IMG/VR virus record: IMGVR_UViG_3300031957_002643
Location: 186,001-250,000 of that record
DNA length: 64,000 bases
Direction: 5' to 3' (one strand)
Made by a program: the position numbers and the translations under genes
Notes under the pieces: generated by a model
The model's input: the letters and a program-made list of their open reading frames with translations, nothing else
The model's database searches: none
What the model was told of the DNA's origin: nothing
Shown here: one piece after another, positions 54,636 to 64,000 of the stretch
Layout of the letters: every line of letters starts with the position of its first letter
Numbering within the stretch: position 1 is the stretch's first letter

Positions 54636-56068
54636 TCGTAGAAGATAGGTGTACCCCATGATGGCGTTGGAGGTGTACCCCAATTCTCAACGATAACCCA
54701 AATCATTTTCTTGATCCACGATTGGTGATCTTCACACCAACCTTCTCCGTAACCATCAGTGAAGAAAATGATCGCATCGTATGGATCACCATTTTCTTCT
54801 TGTTGTGCCTTCATCCATTCGAATGCAGGATGGAACAAAGTACCGCCACCACCTTGGAACGGATACTGAGTAATTTCATCTCCGTTTTCAATGTCATAAT
54901 GCTCATGGCCATATACCCGAGTATCACATGAGATGACATCGATTTCGTAGCTATCGAACTGGTTGACGATACCATAGAGTTCACCAAGAACTTTTTTGAG
55001 ATCATCAGGTCCAATAGAACCAGAGGTATCTGCAATAACTCCAATTTTACATGTTGTCTCGTGTTCAACTCCTTCGAGGGTTACACCTTGGCTGAACATC
55101 CGAGAGTCAACGCGAATGGGCGAGTAGTCACTGATACGAAGAGAGTCGAGTTCTGAAACGATCAAATCGGACCATGGTACTTTGGGCTTACGCCACTCCC
55201 CGATCAAACGCTGAACACCAGCAGGAATAGTTCCACGTGCGTTTGTAGGATCAGACTGTCTAGCCTGATTAGCCGCTTGAAGTGTTGAGTTACGGGCCGA
55301 ACGAGCAACTTCCTTTTGTTCATCTTCATCGAGTTCATCAATGATATGAACATCAAGGGTTTTGGCATCCTTGTGAAGATTACCGCCCGCGCCCTCACCA
55401 CTATTACCTTGTCCGCCACCACCCATTTGCTGGCACTCTTTTTGTTTTTTGTCGTCCTCTTCTTTGAGGATTTCATAAACCTGCTCAGCAGTCATGTTTG
55501 CGAAGCGCTCATCGTACAGGCCAACATAAGGAGCTTTTGAAACACCAAAGGCCGCTTCAAGCATTTCAATATCATCCTTGTATTCGGATGATATTTGCTT
55601 CTTCACTTGTGCGATAGCTTCATTGACTTTGGAAGTTTCCGGCATCTTGAGACCAGCATCCATCAATGTTTGATTGATGATGTAGTCAGTGGCAACATTC
55701 CACAATTGTGGATCACGCGAACCTCGACGCCCCAATGAGTCGAACACAACGTGCATGATTTCGTGACAATACACGAATACTTGTGCATCATTGTCCTTTG
55801 CCAAACCAGTTGGATTCAGCAGATGCATAAACAATGCATTGAAGAAGAAGTGTTTGCCATCAGCAGCAGCGGTATCAATCAGCGGATGGTCCGGTGCCAT
55901 AACAATTGACGGATAGGAAACCACGAAGTGACCAAAGAACGGCATCTTCGTTGAAATGGCAATCTTAACTCTCGTCAATTCGGCATAGGGATCAAACCCA
56001 AGCTTTTTGGGATCAAGCTTGGGTTGGTCCGGCGAAAGAAAGTGACGAATGATAAGTTTCGGGTCCAT
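54623..56068 (-). CDS. Metallopeptidase-like plus VWA domain protein (DUF2201-like)
   Basis: TAAADG, HEIMH (HExxH), WNVATDY.IN, MIDAS DTSGS, GGGGT.F and FTDG. Confidence 0.85.
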   Translation of the reverse strand: MDPKLIIRHFLSPDQPKLDPKKLGFDPYAELTRVKIAISTKMPFFGHFVVSYPSIVMAPDHPLIDTAAADGKHFFFNALFMHLLNPTGLAKDNDAQVFVYCHEIMHVVFDSLGRRGSRDPQLWNVATDYIINQTLMDAGLKMPETSKVNEAIAQVKKQISSEYKDDIEMLEAAFGVSKAPYVGLYDERFANMTAEQVYEILKEEDDKKQKECQQMGGGGQGNSGEGAGGNLHKDAKTLDVHIIDELDEDEQKEVARSARNSTLQAANQARQSDPTNARGTIPAGVQRLIGEWRKPKVPWSDLIVSELDSLRISDYSPIRVDSRMFSQGVTLEGVEHETTCKIGVIADTSGSIGPDDLKKVLGELYGIVNQFDSYEIDVISCDTRVYGHEHYDIENGDEITQYPFQGGGGTLFHPAFEWMKAQQEENGDPYDAIIFFTDGYGEGWCEDHQSWIKKMIWVIVENWGTPPTPSWGTPIFYDQYE

Positions 56069-57444
56069 TATCCTGCCTTCGTGACTGCAAGGTCTTGGCT
56101 GTTCACAATAGCACTCAATTTCTTGTTCATCAAGAACCATTGGCTGGTGTTATCTTTGATGAGGCGGCTAAGTGCCGCCGCCGCTTCATCGCCAGCCTTC
56201 TTGTGAACAATTACGTGCATCGTAACTTTGTTCAGCAACATCATTGCCCATTCAGCATCATCAATACGATCCGTGAGCATGAAGGTTGCTGCATATTCAC
56301 CACGTTCTTCGGTGAAATTGTTTTGAAGTTTGCTGATCAGCGACATCAAGAATGCAAACTTCAGAGAAAGAGCACGAGACTTCATCGAACGGTCTTCACC
56401 ATCCGCAGACACGTCTCGGACTACTTTTTCATAATCGATGCTCTTGATCTTGCCGTTCAATACATCTTCCGGGTCAGGAAGATGTACATAGATATCAACC
56501 CAAGCCATGAAATCAGCAGCAGTTGCTTCACCGATAGTGCCAGCAAGCAGAGCATCCATGACCAAGCGACTGGAAGCATCAGATTTATCGAACGTTGCAA
56601 TCGCGTCCGTGTAGATTTGTGATGCGAAGGCCCAAGTACGAGGTGTCGGGAAACTGGATGAACCAGTGCGGGCCGAAATGGACTTGGCATCAAAATCGAA
56701 CAAAGCTTCGGATTTGAAGTTCAGGAAACCAAGAACTTCGCTGCACACACCATTATTCATGGCCCAATCACGCCAACGATTATAAGTCGGCTCATCGATG
56801 TGAACGTGTGTCATTCGGGAAACCAGTGCTGGTGACATAGAAGTTGCACCAACCTTGTCTTCAACACGGTTGCCCGCCGCAACGATATCAACTGCATCGG
56901 GAAGAACATATTCACCCAACGAGCGGTCCAGCACAAGCTGAAGTGCTGCGCCCTGAACCAGCTTCGGTGCAAGCGACAACTCATCCATGAAGATCACAGA
57001 GAATTGGTCATGAAGACCGGTAACAATTCGAGGAAGAAGGCGATCAGTATGTTCGTCGCCATCCAATACACGCTTGATGAGTTCATCAAGTTTGGACTTG
57101 GACATAGGGAGATTGTTGGTGACCAACCATTCGGCTTCTTCCTTGTCACGATTGTATACAGGAAGACCCTTGAGATCGGTCGGGTTCATAAGAAGAAGTC
57201 GGTTGTCGTAAACCCGGCGACCGACAAATGTATTACCGCAGATGTCTTTGAATTCATTGGGGAATTTAGAAACTAGCTCCGGGTGATCGGGAATTGTGTA
57301 TTCCTGTTCGTCTGCCAGTCCCTTGATGACCTCGGATTTACCGACGCCCGGTGGACCCCAGATCATCGCAACTTTCTTTGATTTCCAGAGAACTTGGAGA
57401 ACGGCGGGAACCATGTCGATTGAAATGTGGGATAGCGATGACAT
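56068..57444 (-). CDS. MoxR-like AAA+ ATPase
   Basis: GPPGVGKS, DL.GLP, FMDEL, AAGNR, L.SR and TPRTW; TAATG-coupled to the VWA gene. Confidence 0.88.
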   Translation of the reverse strand: MSSLSHISIDMVPAVLQVLWKSKKVAMIWGPPGVGKSEVIKGLADEQEYTIPDHPELVSKFPNEFKDICGNTFVGRRVYDNRLLLMNPTDLKGLPVYNRDKEEAEWLVTNNLPMSKSKLDELIKRVLDGDEHTDRLLPRIVTGLHDQFSVIFMDELSLAPKLVQGAALQLVLDRSLGEYVLPDAVDIVAAGNRVEDKVGATSMSPALVSRMTHVHIDEPTYNRWRDWAMNNGVCSEVLGFLNFKSEALFDFDAKSISARTGSSSFPTPRTWAFASQIYTDAIATFDKSDASSRLVMDALLAGTIGEATAADFMAWVDIYVHLPDPEDVLNGKIKSIDYEKVVRDVSADGEDRSMKSRALSLKFAFLMSLISKLQNNFTEERGEYAATFMLTDRIDDAEWAMMLLNKVTMHVIVHKKAGDEAAAALSRLIKDNTSQWFLMNKKLSAIVNSQDLAVTKAG

Positions 57445-57496
57445 CTGTAACCTCATGTAAACTGTCTAACGAACATTATCACATGAGATTTGTCAG

Positions 57497-57820
57497 TCAA
57501 TCCTCTTTTTTGATTTTATTCACCATCTCGTCATGAGGCACAATATCGACCACCAAGACACAATCCATACCGATAGCAATTTGTTGAAGGGTAGTTAAAG
57601 ACAGACTTGTATTGTCATGATTTTCAATTCGACTAATTGCAGGTTGTTTGAGGCCAACCATTTCTGCAAGGTCTGATTGTTTCAAATTTGAATTCTTACG
57701 TTGTCTTTTCAATTTATCTTTGAAATTATAAAGAACCGCCTTGGTTAACAAATCCAATGCATCTTCTTTATTTTTAGTCAAACCTTCAATATTTTCAGGC
57801 AAATAGTCTTTAACACTCAT
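57497..57820 (-). CDS. XRE-family HTH regulator
   Basis: LKQSDLAEMVGLKQPAISRIEN; SD GAGGT and TATAAATA (57840-57847) upstream. Confidence 0.85.
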   Translation of the reverse strand: MSVKDYLPENIEGLTKNKEDALDLLTKAVLYNFKDKLKRQRKNSNLKQSDLAEMVGLKQPAISRIENHDNTSLSLTTLQQIAIGMDCVLVVDIVPHDEMVNKIKKED

Positions 57821-57854
57821 TTCATATACCTCACAGGTATATTTATACCGAACC

Positions 57855-58226
57855 TCAAATGAATGTAATCGGAAGTGTGGCACCCGGTCTGCGGATCATG
57901 ATATTATCTTCGCCCATAACAAAGCCAAAGTTTTCGAACTTGCGTTTCATAGATGATTTGACTTTATCAGCGACGAGTGCCAATGGAATGTTCTGTTCGT
58001 CTTGTCGTTTACATACGAACTTCAACAATTCAAACATTGCGTCTGAATAATGCTTAACGTCTTCATTAACATCAATCTGAGTAATGGTTGAATCTGTGAT
58101 GACTAATTGTGCTGCAATTTCAGGCTTTTCACCGCGAGCCGTTGCATAGAAAGAAACGGCTTCACCGTTTTTCTTTTCATCAATATCAAATTTCACATCA
58201 GATTCGAAAATGTCTTGAATACGCAT
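57855..58226 (-). CDS. Hypothetical protein with GNAT-like pattern
   Basis: MRIQDIFES start 5 nt after CATAAATA; I..I.V.E and FENFGF resemble GNAT but motif A is degenerate. Confidence 0.55.
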   Translation of the reverse strand: MRIQDIFESDVKFDIDEKKNGEAVSFYATARGEKPEIAAQLVITDSTITQIDVNEDVKHYSDAMFELLKFVCKRQDEQNIPLALVADKVKSSMKRKFENFGFVMGEDNIMIRRPGATLPITFI

Positions 58227-58267
58227 GATCTTATTTATGGGCTTGCCACAAATCATACGATTCCAAA

Positions 58268-59671
58268 TTACACTTTCAGACTTTTGAGAGCTTGAACCTC
58301 TGCGGTGAACACATCACGACGCTTGCTGTCCGAACACAGCAGTATTTTGTATTCCTTAATTTCATTTTCCAATTTTGAAATTTCATCAAGGATTTTTTTG
58401 TAAGCTTCCTTCGTCCATGAGTATGATGCACGGGCCGAAATTCGATCAGCAATGTCATCCGTAGCTTTCAAGCGATTTTTAGATGCACAATTGATGATGT
58501 CCTTTTTCATGTCAGAACGATCAGCCTTTTTCGAAATTCGATCAGGCATATTATGATCGAAACAGGCTTTGACGCAGAGAAGATACAAGATTTGATCTTC
58601 CGCCAGTTGGATCAAATTTTTGTAACGGTTCTCATATTGAGAGAAACGCCATTCGGTCCATTCGCGAAGATAACGTTCAATCGGATCAGGATATTTGTGT
58701 GACTTGTCGTAATTGTATTCGACGATCCCATCACCGGTAAAACTTGTGACAACAAAATTTTCAGAAGATTCTTTTTTGAGTTTCAAAAACTCGATTGCAT
58801 CTTCTTCCTTCCAACCGCGAGCTTGACCACGGCGAAGTTTGATTTCAACCTTGATCGTTTTAGAAGAGTGATCTTTGGCTTCCTTGATCTCGTTGGCTTC
58901 GACCATATCATTCAATTGCTCTTTGAACTTTTCAATAGTCAAATTCATTGCCGGAAGTTCAGTCACCAAAAGCGTACTGGTGTCCTTGATTTCAACCTTG
59001 CCAACGAATTCCCAAACCATGGAACCATTCTTATTGTACCCTTTGAATGTTCCACGCTGGCCATTCATATAATCGAAAGACGGCTCGATAACCGGAAGCG
59101 CGCTCTTTTGTTGTTTGGCACATTTAATGATAGCACTAATCAGGTCATTGATGTTTCTTGGAAAAATTCGTTCACTGTAACCAACACCGATGCCTTCAGC
59201 GCCATTAAGCAGGTGAGTTGGAACGAGCGGCAAGAATGTTTCCGGCATGAGCTTTGAACCATCATGGTTCTCGGTCATCGGAACGATGTCGGCATCTTTA
59301 TAAAGAAGTTCATCGGTGTACGATGGCTTCTTTACATAGGTGTATCGAGGTGAAGCATATGCAGAAGGTCGCAACAGTGAACCGAATGAACCCTGACCGA
59401 CGAGGAGAGGAATGTTATTTTTGAATGGTGCCGCCAGTTTTGAAATAGATTCGGCAGCAGCAGCATCACCGTGAACGTACAATTCTTCTGCAATCATCTG
59501 ACCAGCAAGGGCGATAGTTTTGATTTTGTCCGCCCGTCTCCGCATCAGATAAAGCGCGATGCGTTGTCCTTGTTTAAGTCCATCACGTGCGTCAGGAATG
59601 GCCCGGTTTTTATTAACATAGACCGAAAAATTCCGATACGCATCAGATAGAAAATCGACGTTGCTGGCCAT
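58268..59671 (-). CDS. Type IIA topoisomerase DNA-cleavage subunit (T4 gp52/GyrA-like)
   Basis: RAIPD.RDGLK.GQR, Y.HGD, GQGSFG, ASPRY (catalytic Tyr), LLNG..GIGVG and ITELP-like motifs. Confidence 0.93.
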   Translation of the reverse strand: MASNVDFLSDAYRNFSVYVNKNRAIPDARDGLKQGQRIALYLMRRRADKIKTIALAGQMIAEELYVHGDAAAAESISKLAAPFKNNIPLLVGQGSFGSLLRPSAYASPRYTYVKKPSYTDELLYKDADIVPMTENHDGSKLMPETFLPLVPTHLLNGAEGIGVGYSERIFPRNINDLISAIIKCAKQQKSALPVIEPSFDYMNGQRGTFKGYNKNGSMVWEFVGKVEIKDTSTLLVTELPAMNLTIEKFKEQLNDMVEANEIKEAKDHSSKTIKVEIKLRRGQARGWKEEDAIEFLKLKKESSENFVVTSFTGDGIVEYNYDKSHKYPDPIERYLREWTEWRFSQYENRYKNLIQLAEDQILYLLCVKACFDHNMPDRISKKADRSDMKKDIINCASKNRLKATDDIADRISARASYSWTKEAYKKILDEISKLENEIKEYKILLCSDSKRRDVFTAEVQALKSLKV

Positions 59672-59690
59672 AGTGTGCTGAAATCCTTGC

Positions 59691-59736
59691 TTGACAACAG
59701 ATCGATAACATTATATGATTTCGGTTCAATTGTCAA
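59691..59736. promoter_or_regulatory. Overlapping divergent sigma70-like promoters for the two topoisomerase subunits
   Basis: Plus strand TTGACA(59691)-17-TATGAT; minus strand TTGACA(59736)-17-TAATGT, with adjacent -10 boxes. Confidence 0.65.
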
Positions 59737-59749
59737 ACAGATAGTTCAT

Positions 59750-61615
59750 ATGCCCCGCACCACTACCAAATCAAACCAGCGTCAAAACCGCCAACTCACC
59801 GACTGGCAACACGTTCGACTGAGAACAGAGATGTATCTTGGTTCACGGGACGTTACGACCGAAACCATTGTCAATTATTCTGGCAAGAAACTTGAGCTTC
59901 AGGAAGTTCAATATGTTCCGGCACTGTTGACTTCATTTCGTGAACTTCTTGACAATGCGATGGATGAAGTTGTCGGTCATAAGAATGGCAATACTATTCG
60001 TGTGAACTTTGATCCCGAAACTCTTACAATGGCCGTTCAAGATAACGGTGCCGGTATTCCAATCAATCAGATCGAAATGGTTTTTTCAAAACTTCGAGCA
60101 GGTTCCAATTTCGATCAGCGACAGCAGGTTGTTGGTACTAATGGTGTTGGCGCATCAGCAGTCAACTACGTCTCTTCAAATTTCAAAGTTGACGTTTGGG
60201 CCAACGGTGTTCACTACACGCAAGAATTTGAAGAAGACAATATCAACAACGAAGAGCTTGTCACGAAGCGACCTAAAAAGGGTGTGTCTTCTCGGAAGCG
60301 CGGAACTCGTGTGCAATTCACGCCTTCCAAATCCGTGTTCCCGAACATGGTGTTGCCCGAGTCCTTGATCAAGGCTCGTATCTATGAATTGGCTTTTATC
60401 TATCCAAAAGTGAAATTCTATTACAACAATCAGATCATCAAAAAGCCTGACCTATTCAAAGGTCATGAGGTGATTTCGATTGATGTTGATGTCAAGGAGC
60501 ACAATTTTCACAATACGTTTTACATTGTTCCAAATTTCCATGAAGGGAATGAAGAACATATGCATGCGGTGGTGAACGGTATCTGTGCTTATACAGGTGG
60601 TGAGCACGTTAAAGCATTCCGCACCAAATTCTTCTCTTCTCTGCTTTCTAATATTTCCCGTGAAGCAAAGCGGAAAAAGGTTGAACCTAATCGCAGTGAT
60701 GTTGCAGCGGGCATGTTGGTTTTTGCCGTGACCCACATGGATGCACCGAATTTCAACTCACAGTCCAAACACTATTTGATCAATGCGGATGCTGCTAAAT
60801 GGATCAACAAAGGTCTGGATGAAAAAGTTTTTGCATCTATCAAGAGAAAACACCCTGAATGGGTTGAGTCTATTATCGAACGTGCAATGAGACGTTCGCA
60901 TGCCAAAGATATCAAAGATGCACAAAAGATTTCAAAGAAGGCTGTGAACACCAATGTCGCCAAATTGGTTGACGCAAACGGTCGAGATCGTTCAAAATGT
61001 GTGTTGATTATTGGTGAGGGGGATTCCGCAGTCAACCTGATTGTCGGAGAACGGGATTCTAATATTCATGGAATTTTGCCATTGCGTGGTAAAATCATGA
61101 ACGTAAATGATGTGACGCCAGCACAAGCACTGAAATCTCAAGCATTGGCTGACATCATGTCCGCGTTGGGATTGGAATATGGAAAGCCAGCGAAGCGACA
61201 TGCTCTGCGTTATGGCAAAATTTATATCGCAACTGACGAAGACCAAGATGGGTATCACATCCTTTGTCTGGTTGTGAACTTCCTGATGAAATATTGGCCA
61301 GAATTGTTTGCTGATTCTAAAAATCCCCTTGTAAACAAAATCATGACGCCATTTATTATCATGAAAAAGGGCAATCAAAGAAAATACGTCTATCAACCGG
61401 ACTATAAAACCTTCGAACCGAGTAAATACAAAGGTTGGGAGATCACCAGAGCAAAAGGTCTTGGTACTCTTGGAAGTGCCGAATGGAACGATATCCTTCA
61501 AGGTCCGCAATTGATTCCGTTCTGGGATGATGGAACTTTGAAAGCTGCCCTTGATCTGATGTTTAATCCTGATCGTGCGGATGATAGAAAGCAATGGTTG
61601 CAGGAACCGGTTTAG
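59750..61615 (+). CDS. Type IIA topoisomerase ATPase/TOPRIM subunit (T4 gp39+60/GyrB-like)
   Basis: HV.LR..MYLGS, E.LDNA.DE, DNG.GIP, G.NGVG, EGDSA, PLRGK, TDED.DG and KGLG. Confidence 0.95.
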   Translation: MPRTTTKSNQRQNRQLTDWQHVRLRTEMYLGSRDVTTETIVNYSGKKLELQEVQYVPALLTSFRELLDNAMDEVVGHKNGNTIRVNFDPETLTMAVQDNGAGIPINQIEMVFSKLRAGSNFDQRQQVVGTNGVGASAVNYVSSNFKVDVWANGVHYTQEFEEDNINNEELVTKRPKKGVSSRKRGTRVQFTPSKSVFPNMVLPESLIKARIYELAFIYPKVKFYYNNQIIKKPDLFKGHEVISIDVDVKEHNFHNTFYIVPNFHEGNEEHMHAVVNGICAYTGGEHVKAFRTKFFSSLLSNISREAKRKKVEPNRSDVAAGMLVFAVTHMDAPNFNSQSKHYLINADAAKWINKGLDEKVFASIKRKHPEWVESIIERAMRRSHAKDIKDAQKISKKAVNTNVAKLVDANGRDRSKCVLIIGEGDSAVNLIVGERDSNIHGILPLRGKIMNVNDVTPAQALKSQALADIMSALGLEYGKPAKRHALRYGKIYIATDEDQDGYHILCLVVNFLMKYWPELFADSKNPLVNKIMTPFIIMKKGNQRKYVYQPDYKTFEPSKYKGWEITRAKGLGTLGSAEWNDILQGPQLIPFWDDGTLKAALDLMFNPDRADDRKQWLQEPV

Positions 61616-61977
61616 TACGGATCAAAAAGTTTATACCTTATTTCATCAGCGAAATAAAAGATTTGGTGCTGTCTACAATACCAACAGTTGTATTTCTACC
61701 ATTAACTATCATTACGTTTAGAATGATCGTTGGTGATTATTCAACAATTCAAGATCGAAGCATGATTTTAGATTCAATCTTGTACAATGTATTGCTCGTA
61801 TCAATCTTTTTGCCGTCTGCATATCTTCTATTTCGATCTTCTCAATTTCATCCGAAGAAATTTCCAACCGGCGACAGAAGCTTCATCCGAAGTTTCTCAG
61901 CAATATGCTTCATAAGTTCATCTATTCTTTTATTTTTTGAATTACCACAACTGATTAATTATATATTTCCTTCTTGA
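61594..61977 (+). CDS. Hypothetical membrane protein
   Basis: Three hydrophobic segments; start uncertain. Confidence 0.5.
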   Translation: MVAGTGLVRIKKFIPYFISEIKDLVLSTIPTVVFLPLTIITFRMIVGDYSTIQDRSMILDSILYNVLLVSIFLPSAYLLFRSSQFHPKKFPTGDRSFIRSFSAICFISSSILLFFELPQLINYIFPS

Positions 61978-62002
61978 CAACATAATAACGTCCTGATATA
62001 GT
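61974..62002 (+). promoter_or_regulatory. Sigma70-like promoter
   Basis: TTGACA-17-TATAGT. Confidence 0.65.
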
Positions 62003-62027
62003 GTGTTTGAATTCGAGAGGATCACAC

Positions 62028-63173
62028 ATGTACGGACTTATTATTGCTGTCGGGCTTCTTATTCCGATTATTGCAAAAGTTGTTTTCCACCGTAATATTA
62101 CCATTCTTGAAATGGTGATCCAGATCACGGTCGTTATGGGTCTGGTCATTGGTGGTTACAATATCGCGAAGTGGGGTTCTCTTCAGGATACCGAAGTTTG
62201 GAATGGTGCGCTTGTCAGCCACAACCGTGTCAATGATTCTCATATGGAATCCTATTCGTGTAATTGTCGAACTGTGTGTTCTGGTTCCGGCAACACCAGA
62301 TCGTGTTCGACACATTGTGATACCTGTTGGCGTCGGCGGTATACGGTTGACTGGTATTACAATACCACGATTGGGAATTTCAGCGTTGGTCATCGTAACT
62401 CTTTGAGCAGTAGTGTTCATCGCGTTGCTGATCCTGCACACTTCGTAGATGCATGGGATGGAATGCCGGTCAGCCGTGAACATGGATACACAAATTATAT
62501 CCTTGGTGCTCGTCGTTCTTTGTTCAATGTTGATGGTACGATCATGGATCGTTGGGAAGATATGATTCCCGAATATCCCCGCGTGTATGATTACACAGAA
62601 ATCGACCGTGTTGTTCCGGGTGGATATGAGACATTCCCCAACATGTCATTCGTCCGCGAACTCGATGAAGAACTGGACAACTGTCTTCGGGAGCTTGGAC
62701 CAGAACAACAAGTCAATATCGTTGTGGTTCTTGCGAACTCACAATCGTCCAATTATGCCGACGCACTCGAAATGGAATGGAGTGGTGGTAAGAAAAATGA
62801 TGTCATCGTGGTTATCGGTGCTCCGAATTATCCCGAAATTGCATGGGTCGATACGCTCACCCTTGCTGGGAACTTCGGCAACACACTGCTCGTTGACGCC
62901 ATGGCTACCAGTCTGAATCAGATCGGTACACTTGAAGACGCACAGCTTATCTCTGAAACCATTCAGAATAACGTGCGTGAACATTTCGAACGTGTTCCGA
63001 TGGAGAATTTTGAATATCTCCGTTCGGAAGTTCGTCCAAATCCATGGGTGGTATGGACTCTGATGGTCGTATCCATTCTGGTTAGCGGTGGACTTACCAT
63101 CCTGTTCCAACGCTATGACATCAGCATCGAAGCATTCCGTAATCGCGGATACCGTCGCTATCGTCGCTGGTAA
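62028..63173 (+). CDS. Membrane protein with Cys-rich hairpin and TPM-like periplasmic domain
   Basis: 2 N-terminal TM, YSCNCR..C....R.C...CDTC, QVNIVVV...W.GGKKND.IVVIG, a C-terminal TM and an Arg tail. Confidence 0.65.
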   Translation: MYGLIIAVGLLIPIIAKVVFHRNITILEMVIQITVVMGLVIGGYNIAKWGSLQDTEVWNGALVSHNRVNDSHMESYSCNCRTVCSGSGNTRSCSTHCDTCWRRRYTVDWYYNTTIGNFSVGHRNSLSSSVHRVADPAHFVDAWDGMPVSREHGYTNYILGARRSLFNVDGTIMDRWEDMIPEYPRVYDYTEIDRVVPGGYETFPNMSFVRELDEELDNCLRELGPEQQVNIVVVLANSQSSNYADALEMEWSGGKKNDVIVVIGAPNYPEIAWVDTLTLAGNFGNTLLVDAMATSLNQIGTLEDAQLISETIQNNVREHFERVPMENFEYLRSEVRPNPWVVWTLMVVSILVSGGLTILFQRYDISIEAFRNRGYRRYRRW

Positions 63174-63201
63174 GATTCAACGTGCTAGGAGGTAATACAC
63201 T

Positions 63202-63762
63202 ATGAATCGCACTCTGCTTGTAATCGGCGCTGTTGTTGGCGTCACTGCTATCACCATGGTTGGTGGATACATCGGCACCTACACTTATGCTGTCGAGACC
63301 GAAGAAGAAATTCGGGCTGTATACGAGAACAATGAAAACGTTCTGGGACAGTTCTATCAAGAAGTGAACGAAAGCTCACAAGTCGTGCAGCAATTCACTT
63401 CCGACTACCGCGATGTCATGACGGACATCGTTCAAGGTCGATATGGTGATGATGGCATTCGAGGGCTGGCAACGTGGATCAATGAATCCGGCGTCGAACT
63501 CGATCCCCAACTGTATACCGATCTTCAACAGGTCATCACACGTGGTCGAAATGATTTTCGTGACAATCAGACGCGCCTGATCGATCTTCGTCGTCAGTAT
63601 GCTACGCATCAGCGTGGCTTCTGGAACCGAATGTTCTATTCCATGATGGCCGAACCGACATTCGACCTCGATACGGAATATCTTCCGATCCGTGTTCGCG
63701 AAGCTTCCGAAGTCTTCGACTCCGGTATCGAAGAAGAACGCCAGATTTTCAATCGAAATTAA
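63202..63762 (+). CDS. LemA-like membrane-anchored coiled-coil protein
   Basis: N-terminal TM, YI..Y..AV..EE.I, LY..LQ..I..GRN.F...Q..L.D..R.Y and FW. Confidence 0.6.
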   Translation: MNRTLLVIGAVVGVTAITMVGGYIGTYTYAVETEEEIRAVYENNENVLGQFYQEVNESSQVVQQFTSDYRDVMTDIVQGRYGDDGIRGLATWINESGVELDPQLYTDLQQVITRGRNDFRDNQTRLIDLRRQYATHQRGFWNRMFYSMMAEPTFDLDTEYLPIRVREASEVFDSGIEEERQIFNRN

Positions 63763-63788
63763 TTTTTCGATTTGAAAATTAAAAATTG

Positions 63789-63819
63789 AAATGCCCCGTG
63801 GTTCGCTGCGGGGCATTTT
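63789..63819 (+). terminator. Rho-independent terminator
   Basis: AAATGCCCCGTGG-TTCG-CTGCGGGGCATTTT. Confidence 0.85.
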
Positions 63820-63914
63820 GTTTAAATTAAGGCAACAATTCTTAAAGAAGTCTAAATGGTATCATCATGAGAACAAACTCTTAGGTTATAATTATAACCA
63901 TAGGAGATGTACCA

Positions 63915-64000
63915 ATGAAAACTCTTTTGATCGCCACGATGGTTGCCTTGTCTGGAACTTCTACTCCGACGACTGCCGATTCGAGTGACTTCATGCGGTT
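63915..64000 (+). CDS. Secreted protein, 3' truncated
   Basis: SD AGGAG; MKTLLIATMVALSG signal-like start, open to the window end. Confidence 0.6.
   Translation, partial: MKTLLIATMVALSGTSTPTTADSSDFMR

Noticed and set aside
60992-61594. 200-aa minus-strand ORF and other long antisense ORFs (e.g. 56095-56622, 27103-27573)
   Set aside because: Shadows of well-supported genes on the opposite strand with no motifs or RBS
63791-63988. 65-aa ORF in the track
   Set aside because: Starts inside the terminator hairpin; the SD-supported ORF starts at 63915 in another frame

Overview
This 64 kb window is a densely coding segment of a large lytic dsDNA tailed phage in the standard genetic code. Gene content resembles jumbo myoviruses with a T4-like replisome: a ~3000-aa baseplate-type protein, a short DnaE fragment, GroES, ClpP and PhoH. 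Left to right it holds a GT2-TPR glycosyltransferase, a baseplate/tail-fibre block (3.5-16.7 kb), chaperone and replication genes, and spanins. It continues with a DinG-like helicase, ligase, family B polymerase, clamp and RNase H, an accessory block (40-48 kb) with tRNA-Pro(TGG), a lysis cassette, class Ia ribonucleotide reductase, a MoxR/VWA pair, divergent type II topoisomerase subunits and a LemA-like pair. Two promoter classes are visible: sigma70-like (TTGACA/T, 16-17 nt, TAnnnT) and T4-late-like (nnTAA[A/G]TA). An alphaproteobacterial host is inferred from a class I LysRS-derived domain, a ROSE-like thermometer and many leaderless starts. The most notable observations are: (1) a stand-alone class I LysRS anticodon-binding-domain gene beside the tRNA; (2) six dispersed RNA-repair or phosphate-processing genes that all appear leaderless from sigma70-like promoters; (3) a free PAS-domain gene heading the lysis cassette, with an RBS-occluding hairpin on the endolysin; (4) a three-way-junction RNA with two CCUCU loops upstream of phoH; (5) a tandem trio of 4-Cys proteins with hypervariable inserts. 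All family assignments come from motif recognition by eye; no database searches were run.
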